From Schmidtea polychroa (taxonomy: Eukaryota), in the NCBI GenBank assembly GCA_044892525.1, contig CM097885.1, forward strand, positions 210,738,001 through 210,802,000: a stretch of DNA of 64,000 nucleotides. The letters are read 5' to 3'. Under the pieces are notes generated by a model that did no database searches, was not told the origin of the DNA, and saw nothing but the letters and a program-made list of their open reading frames with translations. The position numbers were made by a program, and so were the translations under genes. Shown in pieces: positions 32,189 through 45,110 of the stretch; position 1 is the first letter of the stretch, and each line of letters begins with the position of its first letter.

Positions 32189-35183
32189 TTATATAATATA
32201 TAAATATCTCTTTCGATGCTCAACCGTACTGAGCAAGTTAGGACAAGTTAGGACCAGCCGATTGCTACCGGATTGCTTCAATGGCGTTATTTAACAGAAA
32301 CTTGTTACAACTTGATTGCATACGGCGTGTGGGCTATCCTACGAAATCTATGTTAAGTATTTTAAGTTTTTATACCATCATATAGGGTAGAAATATAAAC
32401 TAATTATTCCTTATTGTGTAGTAGCTAGGTTTTAATATTAGTGAAATTTAAAATATAAAGTAAATGAAATTACAAATCTACCATCGCCCTCTTAACTCAC
32501 GTCAACGCCCCCATTTATTTTCTAGTCTCTTTAACGCCCCCCTCTAGGTCTCAAACGCCCACACGGGGGCGTTATCGCCCACTTTGAGAAAGACTGATCT
32601 AGATGTACACGTTACTTCTTCTTTTCATGGATTTTTTAAAACTTTAGTTATCAGCTTTTGAAATGTTCCTAGTGCAATGGAATTGCCGAAGGGCATTTTG
32701 TTGAAACAAAATTGTCCCTCCCTTGTTGAAAAGCTGATTTTTTTTGTGACATTTTATCCAGATTTACTTAGTAAAATATTTGTTTACCAAGTCCCATTTA
32801 ACGTTCCCAACATTTTTCAACGTTTGGCATTGAGAATGCTTGCCACTTCCTTGTTTTTTAATTATCTGAAATCTAGGAATAGCCTAATTTTTCTCTTTTT
32901 CCACACATATATCAGTGGTGTACTCTAACGCAAATTGCACTTCCTGATAATATCATATTGCTTCAATCTCACAGATAAATTCACTATCTCTTTGCTCGTT
33001 CTTCTTGTGCCACATGAGTTTAATTTCAAACGACTTTTGTAGCTCTATTCCACTTATCATTCCCTGCAAGATATTTTAGATGCTTTCCTTTTATATCGTT
33101 ATTTTGAAACTTAATATATATTTTGCCTAGAGTTTCTAGTTTCCTATAATTGACATATTTTAACATTCATTCCTTTAGATCATATATCATCGTCTTTGGG
33201 TTTTTGAAGGCTCCTTTCAACATTTGGTAAAATGTTATCACTTCCGTTGCTTTAAAGTTTTCTCTCAGCTCTTCGTTGGTCATTGTTTTTATGAGTGTTG
33301 AATCAACACTGCTGACAGCAGTTTAATCGTGATTTTTGCCATTTTAAAAAGTTGTTGAACTTCTCGATGTCATCACTTTTACCTAATCTTTGAGGAACAA
33401 CTTTGTTATTAGAGTATCCGTAGACTTAGTGAGAATTTAGTTGCATTAGAATTGCATTCAATTTCGTTATTTATTTTGAATTGATAACTAAATTCAAGTA
33501 ATAAATATCTATTTCACGAACATTTTCGGGAAATAATTATCATTATGTCAAATTTTTCAATCTTTGGATAAACAAACTGTTATTTTGAAACCAAAATTAT
33601 TCAGGCTTTCTTTTACAGGAATCACAGGTAAAAGTTTTAAGGCTTTAGGTAGCTAATTTTTCGATTTCTCATTGATCTTCACGGAAATCTCAACCTAACG
33701 CTCATTACTTAGTAGAGTCTGAGAAAATTTTACTTTCTAGATCTTAATTCTATGGTCGTATGAAGACAACAGTTTTGAGCTTTATCCCAGTTAATTCAAG
33801 GACGAAGCCTTCAAGGAACTTGAGTGTCTCCAATTTCCTAACTAAAATTGTGGCAATTCAGTTCATACGCTCAATTTGAAATGTCTATTTGAGTACTCAG
33901 TATATATCATGGGCAATCAATCTTTCTTACTTGAAAGTTTGGTGTTTCTTAACAAATTAGCAGACGTAAAGTCCTTGTGTTAATTAATTTGCATGTAATA
34001 TTATAAGGCTAGTATTTAATTGAGCATTAATATAATAATGATTTAGCATTAATTTAATAACATTATAGAAATTATTTTTGAGCATTAATTTATTAAAAGA
34101 ACTACATTAATATAAATGAAAAAATATCAATTTAAGAAAAAACATTAGACAAAAAAACCATTATTTAATATTATTTTGAAATTGAAAAATTACAGATCCA
34201 TTATTTATAAAATTGTCATTGTCATTGTCTTAGTAAAGCTGTTCTAGCTTTCGAACGTCTTCCTTTCTTGCGATTGGTACCAATATCGACATTTTTTAAA
34301 TATAAGTGATATTATAAATGTATATTTTTAAAACTCTATATTAACCTCGCCAACAAAAAATATATGTGGTTCGCAAATCTTGCAAGGGCTAATTAACACA
34401 CTCCCAGTCATACAATCAAGCTGAAACTTAGTGAATAGACTCGTCGTCGATAACAATACGTTTTATTAAGTTTTGGTACAACACTTACACAGACAAACAC
34501 ACTAGGGTAATTTTCATTAGATATTATTCCTCTAAAATTACACATTTTAAGTCGATTTTTTTTCTTTAATTCTCTTCATGTTAAAAAATGTTATTTGTGG
34601 AAAAAATTTCATCTATATTTCTGATAATATTTTTATAATAAAATTTAAGTGTTTTGAAAAAATAAAAATTTTATATAATGAAAATTACGGTAGTATGCCA
34701 AAGTTATATTCATAGCGCTAAAACTTGAATTTTTAACGACTTTTTGAATTTCGTAAAACAAATTATAAATTTGAAAATGATTTTAGACCGTGAAATTTCG
34801 CATTTAAAAGATTTACACTAAAAACTTTTTTTATGGGTAAATTTTTTATATAACTTGTTTGAAATTGCAATAAGGCATTTATATAATAAAAAATACTTCA
34901 TTCAGCCTTGTACTATTTTGTTTCGAGTTAATGTTTCTTTTCAACTAANNNNNNNNNNNNNNNNNNNNNNNNNNNNNNNNNNNNNNNNNNNNNNNNNNNN
35001 NNNNNNNNNNNNNNNNNNNNNNNNNNNNNNNNNNNNNNNNNNNNNNNNNNNNNNNNNNNNNNNNNNNNNNNNNNNNNNNNNNNNNNNNNNNNNNNNNNNN
35101 NNNNNNNNNNNNNNNNNTGCAAGTTTCAAGTTTATTAAAAAATGATAATTCTCGACTATGAAATAGCCCCCTTTACACTATAT

Positions 35184-35955
35184 CAGGGGTGGGCAAAAGC
35201 CGGCCCGCGGGCCGTATCCGACCCTTTTGCTTATTTCATCCGGTCCGTTGAAAAATCCCGGATGCAATTTTTTAAATCTCTTTCATGCGATTTTGTTGAA
35301 ATCAACAGTATTAGTGTGCGTACATATAAATAATGAAAAATATTAATAATAGACAGTATTATAATTTTGAACAGCCGTAACCATACTACTTTAATGTATG
35401 CAACATACTCTCACAAAGCGCGTGGTTGGCTGACTACATAAAATTGAACGTGCACTCCTCTCACTCTTCGAGGGATGACAGGTCAAGCACGTATACTGTT
35501 TATTTTGATTTAGCAATGGTCACATACTAGTTGTCATTTCTTTTAAGATCACGTTTCGCATTAACTATAAGTATTCTATTTTAACGTTTGATGTTTGTCT
35601 TTTCTTTTTAAAATTCTAATTACTATTATATTTACAAAGTGCAATATAAACATAAAAATGTAATAATTATTTATCAATATTAAATATTTTGTATCGTTAA
35701 GATATAAATAAATAACAAAATAAAATCTGCCATTAACTGTTTTATTTAATGATCATTAATTTAATAAAATGCATCATATTTCTTTAAAAATTACGTGACA
35801 TTTTACTGGCACAAATTGTTCGCATGCACACCCAAGTAAGACAATTTCTTGGGCAGGGAAAAACACCCACAGCGTAAGCGGTACAGTTCTCCGGCCCGGG
35901 AGATATTTTGAAAATTTCATTTTGGCCCGCGCTTAAAAGTATTTGCCCACCCCTG
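35184..35955. mobile_element. hAT (Charlie/Buster-type) MITE
   Basis: Perfect 14-bp TIR CAGGGGTGGGCAAA, subterminal cggcccgcgggccg, TSD CACTATAT/CTCTATAT (7/8). Confidence 0.88.
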
Positions 35956-36624
35956 CTCTATATTATTAGTCATAATATAGAGTCTTTGTGTAAACATCTT
36001 GAATGATCCAATCAAAGCATCCATATTCTGGCCTACAAAGGCTATATTTCTGGGTCGGCCAAATCACCCGGAAATAAAATTTATATGATTTGAAAATTCA
36101 TTAATAATGGAAATTTAAATGCAGCTCTAAAAATGACAGAGTATTCATTATTTCATATTTGTTGAACTGGCCGAGGGTTATTCTTTTCTAGTAAAGGTAA
36201 TGCAACTTAAGTTTCACATTTTTAATGGTATTTTAATGGTAGTATTAACAACCAAGATTCCAGAAATGTTTATCTTGGTCTCAGCGACAAATTCTGATTT
36301 CATTAAAAGAAAATAATGCCAAACATTTACACTGATTACAAACCAAAAATCTAGAAAGTACAAATTTTATATACTTTACTATAAAAAATGGTGTTGGAAA
36401 AGGTTATTATCGAATTTTAGGTGTGTAATACTCATTAAAACAAGCATAAAATTCAATAGAACATAAGCCTAAAAATGCCTCCATTAAAAGTTGTATATCA
36501 CAAAGTTTGATTAAAACTTTTATAAAAGTACTAAACATACTATTTGAATATTCGTAAAGTTATTTATTATTATTTAAATTATTATATTTTTTAGAATTAT
36601 TAAAATTAAATATTAAATTTTGAA

Positions 36625-37090
36625 ATGACAGACATTCTTTTCATTCACTGCAAAGCGAATCCCATTGTTACTGAAGCAAGACGATTATATGAAGAAATTT
36701 TTCATAATGGCAAATGTCCAAACAAGCGAAAGTTTTGCAAAGTCTATCTAGATTTACCTGATACTGGAATATTTGAGCACAATTTAATTGACTGCGGTAA
36801 AACACATGAATTCAAAGAAATTATTTTACGAATGTTTGAAGAAAATCCTGTAACATCATGCTGAAGAATTGCGGTGAAAGAACACTTATAAAAATAAAGA
36901 AGAGACAATTTGGATTCATACCATATTCAACGTGTTCCAGTACTTGTACCATTGGATTAGAAAGCAAATGCTTCATTTTCTCAATGACACATTAATTGTT
37001 GGAATTGAAAACTGTTATCAAAGAATACGAAAGAAGTCGGAAATCTTTGAACGTGTCCGATCTTCAATGATGAAGTGTGTATTGTGAATA
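36625..37090 (+). mobile_element. Decayed IS630-Tc1-mariner transposase (DUF4817-type N-terminal HTH)
   Basis: DILFIHCKAN..EARRLYEE.F....PNKRKF..V...L.DTG..IL..FEENP.TS pattern, followed by stops. Confidence 0.65.
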
Positions 37091-37534
37091 TTGTGTATTG
37101 TGCATTGAAATAAACGGGAAAAATATCAAAAACTTCCATAGATAAAATTAATGTTAATATATTTTTTAATAGTATTAATATAAATCACAATTTGTGGGAT
37201 AACCTTTAAAGAAAGTATTTTCAGAAGAAAGGTTTCATTAAATTTTAAAATGGTTTTGACAAGTACTAAATACACATAAAATTCAATACAAATTCTTTCA
37301 AACACCGTATAAACTCGCCTCCTTTATGATATGCAATTTTTCTATATTTTATCATAGTAATATCAATACAGTATTTATTAAAGTTATATATTTTGCAAAA
37401 AAAAAAGAATTCTGGAAATTCCAACCCTACTATTAGTGACTTTCATGGTGCAAGAAAACCCGAAGAATAGGACCAAGAATAAATACTAAGTTCTTTAAAA
37501 TATTTGTGTTTTTCTAATTGAGGGTTTAATTATA

Positions 37535-37581
<47 letters not shown>
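37535..37581. repeat. (ATT)n microsatellite
   Basis: Direct reading. Confidence 0.9.
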
Positions 37582-37582
<1 letters not shown>

Positions 37583-37952
37583 AGATAACACCAATCAAAC
37601 ATTCTTTTCACGGTTAATTTCGACAGTTTTCCTGTCATCATCAGGTGGGATATAATAACTCATTAAATTAAGGATTTTAAACAAATTTAATTATATATAA
37701 AAATTTTTTTTTCCATTTTATAAAAAATATATTATTTTTTTTAAATTTTAACATTTAAAATTTAATTTAATAATTTAAANNNNNNNNNNNNNNNNNNNNN
37801 NNNNNNNNNNNNNNNNNNNNNNNNNNNNNNNNNNNNNNNNNNNNNNNNNNNNNNNNNNNNNNNNNNNNNNNNNNNNNNNNNNNNNNNNNNNNNNNNNNNN
37901 NNNNNNNNNNNNNNNNNNNNNNNNNNNNNNNNNNNNNNNNNNNNNNNNNNNN

Positions 37953-38026
37953 CTGAAATTCTCGTTCCAATTCTGCTATACGATTTATTTGTTCTTGTAC
38001 CAGTGTTTCTGTTGTGGATACAGCTT
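37953..38026 (-). CDS. Coding exon (partial, runs into N gap): EAVSTTETLVQEQINRIAELEREFQ
   Basis: Acceptor ccattcAG, phase 1 start matching the phase 1 end of exon 38651-38693; coiled-coil composition. Confidence 0.6.
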
Positions 38027-38203
38027 CTGAATGGTATCAACGAAAATTGAAAAATGAATTATAAAATTATATCTAAACTCATTAAAAATCATAAGAGTAC
38101 AAGCCAATAACATTAGTGAGATGCAATAGACAAATACAGAATACAAAAATGATTAAATTAAAATTAATAGGTGAAATCACTGAATAAAATTTGGAAATTA
38201 TAT

Positions 38204-38208
<5 letters not shown>

Positions 38209-38290
<82 letters not shown>
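38209..38290. repeat. (TA)n microsatellite
   Basis: Direct reading. Confidence 0.95.
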
Positions 38291-38293
<3 letters not shown>

Positions 38294-38344
38294 AGAACTT
38301 CTTTTTCCAATTTCACCACTGATATTTTTTCCATTTAATTTATT

Positions 38345-38475
38345 AAAAAAGAGCTTGAAGACTATAAATTACTAATATATATCGATGAATTTCACTTGAA
38401 AAAGGCAGTGCCGAAAATTCGCGAATATCAATAACATCGATATATTACTGATTTATAGTCTTCAAGCTCTTTTTT
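38345..38475. repeat. Short palindromic (fold-back) element, copy 2
   Basis: aaaaaagagcttgaagactataaattactaatatatatcgatg ... catcgatatattactgatttatagtcttcaagctctttttt. Confidence 0.75.
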
Positions 38476-38650
38476 AATATATATATATATATATATAGAT
38501 AGCTAGATATGTGGTATAAAAATAGAATAAAGGAAATAAAAATAAAAATAGACGGATGGTGAAAAGACTAAATGATTTTACTAAAAAAATGTATTAAATT
38601 ACAAAAATACAATTTAAATGTAACAAATTAAAATAAAGTTATTTTCTTAC

Positions 38651-38693
38651 CGTCTTTAAGAAATATTCTTGATTTTGATTGATTGTCATGTAC
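38651..38693 (-). CDS. 43-nt coding exon VHDNQSKSRIFLKD
   Basis: Acceptor ttttatAG, donor ACG|GTAAGA, phase 0-1; links exons 41154-41277 and 37953-38026 in frame. Confidence 0.6.
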
Positions 38694-39191
38694 CTATAAA
38701 AAATATCTTTTTAAAAATACGAAAATATAGCATCTTCTTATAATTTTAGAAAAGAAATTTAAATTAAAATTTGAAATATGAAAAAAAAATATTTAAAATG
38801 AAATTTGCATTTCTTGAAAGCAAGAAAACAAATAAAATAAAAATTATTACTAAAAAATACATCACAGTTAAATTTAAATTCACAATTTTGTCTAATCTTT
38901 CCAAAAACAAAAAATAATTATGCACCACTACCGCACTTTGCGTTGTTACCGTTTTTCAATTTTCTTTTATATCGTTTCAAATTGCATTGCGTTTTTATTT
39001 GTAATTTTTGTATTATTTTATGATTCTCTGTAATTTTAATAAAATATCGAAAAAATAATATTGTGAAACAGTAAAATAAAAGTGAGAGTGCAACGTCATT
39101 TCACATGAAAAATACATGAAAAACTGCTGATTCAATTTGGTAGAATTTTTTCTGAACCAATTATGGACGGAAATGAAGTACTCAGAAAAAA

Positions 39192-40331
39192 TTAAGTACT
39201 CAAACAACATTTCTTGAATCCTTTGATAATAATTGCCTCACTAACTGCATCCCATGATAATTGAATCCATTTGCAAATAGTTTCTAAATCAACCTTTCGT
39301 CTGTTTCCAGAAGCAGTAAATGATGGAGCTCCAGAAAAAAACCACTCATTCCATCTCTTTCGCATCTCTTGTTTAAATGGCCTATTGCAAACTACATCCA
39401 TAACTTGGAGTTGCCCGGTCATCCCTCCAGGAATAATCACAAGATCTGTTTTGTTTTTTGCCAAAATTTCCTTTACGCATGGCATACGGTGGCATCTAAA
39501 TGCGTCTAATACCAGTAACCTCCTTGAATTTCGAAATTCATCTGTTCTATCATTACACCAAATAGTCTTAATCCAATCCTTAGTCAACTCCTCATTCATC
39601 CATCCATTTTCTTGTGCTTTAACAATCATACCAGCTGGCCAATGAATGTTCTTTGGTAAAGATTTTCTTTTAAAAATTACATAAGGCGGCATCTTCTTGC
39701 CGTCACCATAAGCTCCCAACATAACTGTAAACCGATTCTTTTCGTTGCCTGTAGTTTTAATAGGTACGGACTTGACTCCTTTGAAATCCAATGTCTGAAA
39801 TGAAGGTATATCAAAACTTAGTGGAGTCTGATCCCCATTTGCTATGCAACTAATTGGATATTCATGCCTTTTCCTTAAATTTATTATATATTTCTGATAG
39901 TCGAGCAGCTTATTTTCTACATCATCCGGCAGTCGCTGTGCAATCGAAGTCCTTCTTCTTATAGAAATATCATTCCTTTTCATGAAGAGCTGGCACCAGC
40001 GCGCCGAGGCTTTAAATATTGAACCAGGATACATCTCCTTGACTAACTCTAAAGCCTTCAATCTAACTTCTACAGTGGATATTGAGGAACCTGAAAATCG
40101 CCTTTCATGAACATATTCAACTAATTTTTTCTCCACGTCAGGAAAAAATAATTTCCTCCCTCTGCCAGGGGCCTTTGTAGAGGATCTGCACTCTTTTAAA
40201 GTATTTTTATTATTTCTCCAATGCCTTACATTAGCTTCACTGAGTCCATATTCTCTATTTCCGATACGTTCGGCTGCTTCAATTACCTTCAATTTGAAAC
40301 CTGTCGTATAACTGCAGCGTTTAGAAGACAT
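39192..40331 (-). CDS. pogo/Tigger-family transposase (Brinker-like DBD, CENP-B HTH, DDE_1), 3'-truncated
   Basis: YTTGFKLKVI, FKASARWCQLFMKR, NGDQTP, LVLDAF, LQVMDVVCNRPFK; TIR-like ccgtaattatccgaatataagacgc plus TA at 40501-40527; opposite TIR not found. Confidence 0.88.
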   Translation of the reverse strand: MSSKRCSYTTGFKLKVIEAAERIGNREYGLSEANVRHWRNNKNTLKECRSSTKAPGRGRKLFFPDVEKKLVEYVHERRFSGSSISTVEVRLKALELVKEMYPGSIFKASARWCQLFMKRNDISIRRRTSIAQRLPDDVENKLLDYQKYIINLRKRHEYPISCIANGDQTPLSFDIPSFQTLDFKGVKSVPIKTTGNEKNRFTVMLGAYGDGKKMPPYVIFKRKSLPKNIHWPAGMIVKAQENGWMNEELTKDWIKTIWCNDRTDEFRNSRRLLVLDAFRCHRMPCVKEILAKNKTDLVIIPGGMTGQLQVMDVVCNRPFKQEMRKRWNEWFFSGAPSFTASGNRRKVDLETICKWIQLSWDAVSEAIIIKGFKKCCLST

Positions 40332-41153
40332 TATAGGGAAATAAAAATTTAAATTTAAGTAACTGAAATTTTAATTTTAAACAAAAAATAAATTTAATGT
40401 AATATAAATTTAATGTAATAATTATACATGCGTCTTATATTTGGGTTACTTATATTTTCTTGAATTCAGTCAATTTTTAATGATGCGTCTTATATTGGAT
40501 GCGTCTTATATTCGGATAATTACGGTATTAATATTAATATTATTAATAAATGTGCTTTTGTCAGTGGGCCTACTTACATTTTAATTCTGAAAATCGTATA
40601 ATAAATTTTACCTTGCTTAACTATATAAAATTTTTATTTTAAGCAACTAAATAATATTTCATATTTAATTAAGTTGAAATATTGAAAACTTTCATTGTTT
40701 TAATAGATGAAAATGGAGATACGACGATGACGTCAAGTTCATGGCGCCAAATTATCAAAATTAAAATATACTTAAATAATTTCACAATTCAAACAAATAA
40801 TATAATTTAAATTAAAAATTCTAATTATTTTACTCATGACTCAGGAGAAATGAGGCAAAGTATCGCAGTCATGTTTCGTTTCAAATTGCATTGCGTTTTT
40901 ATTTGTCAAATAATTAATGCGATAGATAAAATGATACGTTCGCCACCCCCCCCCATTTTAATAACGATCATAAAATTTTCTACGACTTTGAAAAATGAAA
41001 TGGCGGTGAAAATTATAAAAGATTATTATTTTTTTAGTTTATTAATAAATTATAGACCCAACTAAGGCTTACACACGTCATTAGGGAAGGTACAGAAATC
41101 TTGGCCTAGGGGGGGGGGGGGAATTGTATATTAATAAAATATAAATTTTATAC

Positions 41154-41277
41154 TTGATAATCATGTTTCTGTTGAAATAACTGCTTTTCACGTTCAATAT
41201 TTTTCAGTTGTTTTATTTCGTCATCCATTTCTAGTATTCTGGAACGAAATTCTTTCAGATTGTCAAAATCCATATCA
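41154..41277 (-). CDS. Coding exon DMDFDNLKEFRSRILEMDDEIKQLKNIEREKQLFQQKHDYQ
   Basis: Acceptor ttgtttttaAG, donor CAA|GTATAA, phase 2-0, heptad-like composition. Confidence 0.6.
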
Positions 41278-41651
41278 CTTAAAAACAAATAATTTAAACA
41301 AAAGAAACATTTGATGGAATAAATGAATATTAGAGACTTATTTGTATTCAATAAACCGGAGTTTATTTTCCATTTTTTCAGTAACAATTGCAAAAATTTT
41401 AAGTTAATTTAAACAATTGTCAATTCTCAGATGGATTCTTAGGTCATGCTTCAATAAATATCATACAATGTGATAAAATTTTATAGCTATCAATTTTGAT
41501 GCAATACTATTTTATTGCTATTACTGCATTTTGAAAGGAATAAGTAAAGCATATTTATTACTTTTATATATTTGCCTGTCATAGGACAGAAAAAATATCA
41601 TAAATAGAAGTAAATTAAAGTTCTATAATTTATAAAATCATTTCTGATAAG

Positions 41652-42098
41652 CAGTGGCGTAGCCAGAAATTTATGAAGGGGGGGGGTCGGAGTTGAGAAA
41701 TATTTATTAATATTATGGTCAATCATTTCAAGCGTGGAAGAATGAGGGTGCCGAAGGCGCGAAGCCCCTCATGATTAAGGTGTCTGATACTATCAGACTG
41801 ATAGATTAAAATGGTTTAAAATGTTAAAAAAAAATTAATATTAAATGTTGTTTTTTATGACGAATGTAAAATGAGGATTTCATTAAAATTAAAAAGTTCA
41901 AATTTATTAAAGACTTTCAATTTTCAAGTGAACAACAGTCAATGGTGACAGTCCAAAGAATGGAAGGGAATTATAAGCCTAATAATTACTATCGTCTATT
42001 GTCATTTTATTTTTATACGTCGACAAATATTTTTACATGAAAAATCAAATATTGGGGGGTTATCCCCTAAACCCCCTGCCCCCTTGGCTACGTCACTG
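41652..42098. mobile_element. hAT-type MITE
   Basis: TIR CAGTGGCGTAGCCA / TGGCTACGTCACTG, perfect 8-bp TSD CTGATAAG. Confidence 0.9.
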
Positions 42099-43088
42099 CT
42101 GATAAGTGAATGTGTAATACGTAATGTATTTTTATGACAGGTGAAAGGTGTTCAATAATTTTAGCAAGAAATTATAAAATTATTATACTAAATTTAAGTT
42201 TTAATACACTTTAACATATAGTTAATAATAGTACCATGTCTTTTGAACCAAGCTTTTACATCTTGTTACAAAATTATATTTATTTATAAATTTGTTATTA
42301 GATGTTACTTTTATATATTTACCAGGAACACTCAAGTAAGAAGAGGGATTTTCATGCTCAGTTCCTGTAAAAAGTACAACATCATCATGACTTTATGACA
42401 GGGACAACATGTTCAAATTTATCAAATGTAATCCTAGTTTCTTTTTCAACTATCCATGTTAGTAGGAGATTCACAAAAGTGTAAGCCATTTTATTATCAT
42501 TAGACTTTTGACTAACGAAGATCTCATTCCGTTTGAGATTTATTCGATACTTAAAAATCATTTTGGAAATGAAAGTCTTTTTCAGTCTAGAATGTATGAT
42601 TGATGAAATTCTTTTAATGAAAACCCAGTAAAAGTTCAAAATGAACTAAATGTTCGTCGGCCAAGAACCACAACCGATGAAAATAAGCTGACTCTATCAT
42701 ATATTAAATTACTCGTTTTCTTATACCTATACACAAAGAAAGAAGATAGAATGCAGTTACAAAACTTCTTAAAATGATGGAAACAAGTTTTAAGAATCAA
42801 AAGTAACTTGTGATGGAACTTGAGTACACCAATTCAATCCAGAGTCAAAATATGCAAGAATACAATAAAGACATCCACGCTCATTCCTACCACTAAAAAC
42901 CAAAAAGGCATTTCAACTCCAAAATTATGATCACTTTCTTTTAGGACTCAAAAGAAATCCTTTATCTCGGCTTTCTCAAAAAACGAAAACTATTACTGCA
43001 GCGTGCTATTCAACGGCTTTGAAAAAGAAAGTGAAAGCCAGTGACTCATTTCTTGAGGAAAGTTATCCAGGATTCAGTGTATTTCCAT

Positions 43089-43691
43089 CAGTGGCGTACC
43101 AAGGATTTCTGGGGCCCTTGAGCAGATTTTGGGACGCACAAAATATTTGTCGAACGAAGTGATCCGAGGAACCAAACCATAGGCAGGCTTGGGGGAAGGT
43201 GATTAGCAACTCTCTGAGTAAATTTGCGCGTTTTAAAACAGAAATATTAGCGTTTCCGGTTGGGCAATATTATTTTTATCCTTTTTACCGCATAGTAATT
43301 ATCAACAAAACTCTATGACCTCTGCCATGATGTCGTTATACCGCCATTTTGAATTGAGTATGCAAGTAAATTGGATTTGACGTTTTATTAATAAACAAGT
43401 CCTCATCACATAAATAAAACCAACGTCAAGTAAAGCAAATAATTTTATAGATGAATGGGTGTGACATATGTGGTTTACAACTATATCCAATATAGATTCC
43501 TAATAATATTAAATGTATAAACCATCCAAACTGTGGTTGCTGTCTTAATAAAAACAAAACAAACGCCAAAGCGATGCTTGGTTTGATGACAATCGGGGAA
43601 TTTATAATGCTCGAACGTATAAATTTTACTAATTTTTCGTCCTGGGCCCTTGTGCCGTGCACAACCTGCACAAGCTATTGCTACGCCACTG
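43089..43691. mobile_element. hAT-type MITE (family copy 1)
   Basis: TIR CAGTGGCGTA / TACGCCACTG, perfect 8-bp TSD ATTTCCAT. Confidence 0.92.
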
Positions 43692-43699
43692 ATTTCCAT

Positions 43700-43920
43700 A
43701 TGATGAATGATCTCTCTCAAACTGCTGCTTTAACAATAAAAACGATGAGAAAACTTAAGTGACATGTGTTTACTTTACAGTTAGCACCAATGGACTTTCC
43801 TCTATTCGGTCTACTCAAAAAAGTTTTAGGAGGTAAAAAATTCAAGTCTAATAAACAGGTTATTGACGCTGGACACGAAACTTCATGAGCGCTGGAAAAT
43901 GTGGATCGCAGTGACAGAGC
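43700..43920 (+). mobile_element. Mariner transposase C-terminal remnant
   Basis: LAPMDFPLFGLLKKVLGGKKFKSNKQV..KLHERWKM resembles mariner LAPSDFHLFGPLK..LGGK.F.S..EV. Confidence 0.7.
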
Positions 43921-44107
43921 GCAGCAAGAAAAAAATAATTAAAAGTTTATCTGGTAAATTTTTATTTATATTTGAATATACAAATTGAATGTGTTTGTAT
44001 TGTGAGAATAATAAATAAATAATTACACTATTTAAAACATTGTCCGTCATATATACTGACGAGCTAATTTTTCATACCATTTTATACGAAAAAATATTTT
44101 GTATTGT

Positions 44108-45110
44108 TGTTAGGTTATTAGGTTAGTGGTAATATTTAAAAGTTACCAATCCAATATCTGACTCCAAAGCGTGTTTTATCTGATCCACAAGATAAGAAGT
44201 CTCAGAGAAGATACACCTTTATTGATTATCACGAATTATAACAACACGATCAATTCAACACTCAAATAGGTAATTACACAGAGCTTATTTCAACATTACA
44301 TGAGGAATAGGTCTACGCGTATAATTCCCAATTACTGAACAATCAGCCGCTACTGATCTGACTCAATAATTTAGTAAATTGAATTAAATTCTCCTTTGCT
44401 TTGACTTGAATTTATTCAGTATACTTTAAACCTTTCTTACTGAACTAAATTTTATCACACTGTTTAGTTTCAATATTTTCTCTTCTTTCCAATTTCTAAT
44501 TTCTCACTTCTAATTTCTATAATTTCCGATTTCTTTAATTTTTCTCTACTGTTTAATTCCGAATTATTTTCTCGACTATCTTTTTAATTTTTTTCATCGA
44601 CCACTAACTTCTGATTCCATTAAGAAGACTTTTGCTTTTATAATCCGCCCTTGTCCGACACTTGTGATAATTCATATTTTCCATTCCTGTTTCTCCATAA
44701 TTTGTACAGCTCCTGTATTATCACTGATAGCTACCAAGATATGCCATGTTCTGCCCTTTTTTGTTCTGTCTTTTCTTGCACTCCTAATATTTCTGACAGG
44801 CTGTCAAGATATGAATTTTTCTCTTATCTTATTTTTTTATAATTTCGAATTCCTTTTTCCTTTTTGCACTTTTCTCCTGCTTTGTTGTCTGATTTCTTTT
44901 ATTTGCTCCTCCTTTCTCATTTCTTAATTTTTTTTCTCTTCCGCTCTCTTTCCTAAGTTCCAGAGTGCTATCCCAACCCTAACCCCTATTGGTTTTCCCC
45001 CAGGATATTTTAGTTATTTATAATATTATTCATTATTTAGCTATCCTCAACATTATTAATAAAATTTCGTGTAATTAGTATAGTATTACTACTAATATTA
45101 TTTATCAACA
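44108..45110. repeat. Solo-LTR-like repeat related to 20221-21280; boundaries approximate
   Basis: Starts TGTTAGGTTATTAGGTTAG, candidate end TTATCAACA; colinear similarity blocks. Confidence 0.55.

Larger units (their letters stand above)
28704..32596. mobile_element. hAT (Buster/Charlie-type) MITE carrying a nested hATm element
   Basis: Ends CATTGGTTCCCAAACTT / ACTTTGAGAAAGACTG; perfect 8-bp TSD ATCTAGAT at 28696-28703 and 32597-32604. Confidence 0.85.
27600..33300 (-). mobile_element. Old, heavily decayed Gypsy pol remnant interrupted by DNA transposons; boundaries approximate
   Basis: Remnants IRLFLDFR, FNKMPFG..GTFQ (32650-32900), INLEKC..VNFLG..VRSFL..CNYCRQFI (28440-28620), PILVFPNFKREFILDTDAS (28260-28330), CIACQKTK..KPLEKI (27810-27893); many stops and frameshifts. 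Confidence 0.8.

Noticed and set aside
42323-42364. 42-nt exon candidate (GTEHENPSSYLSVP) with good splice sites
   Set aside because: Phase 1-1 does not join the phase-2 start of exon 41277; left unassigned without RNA data.
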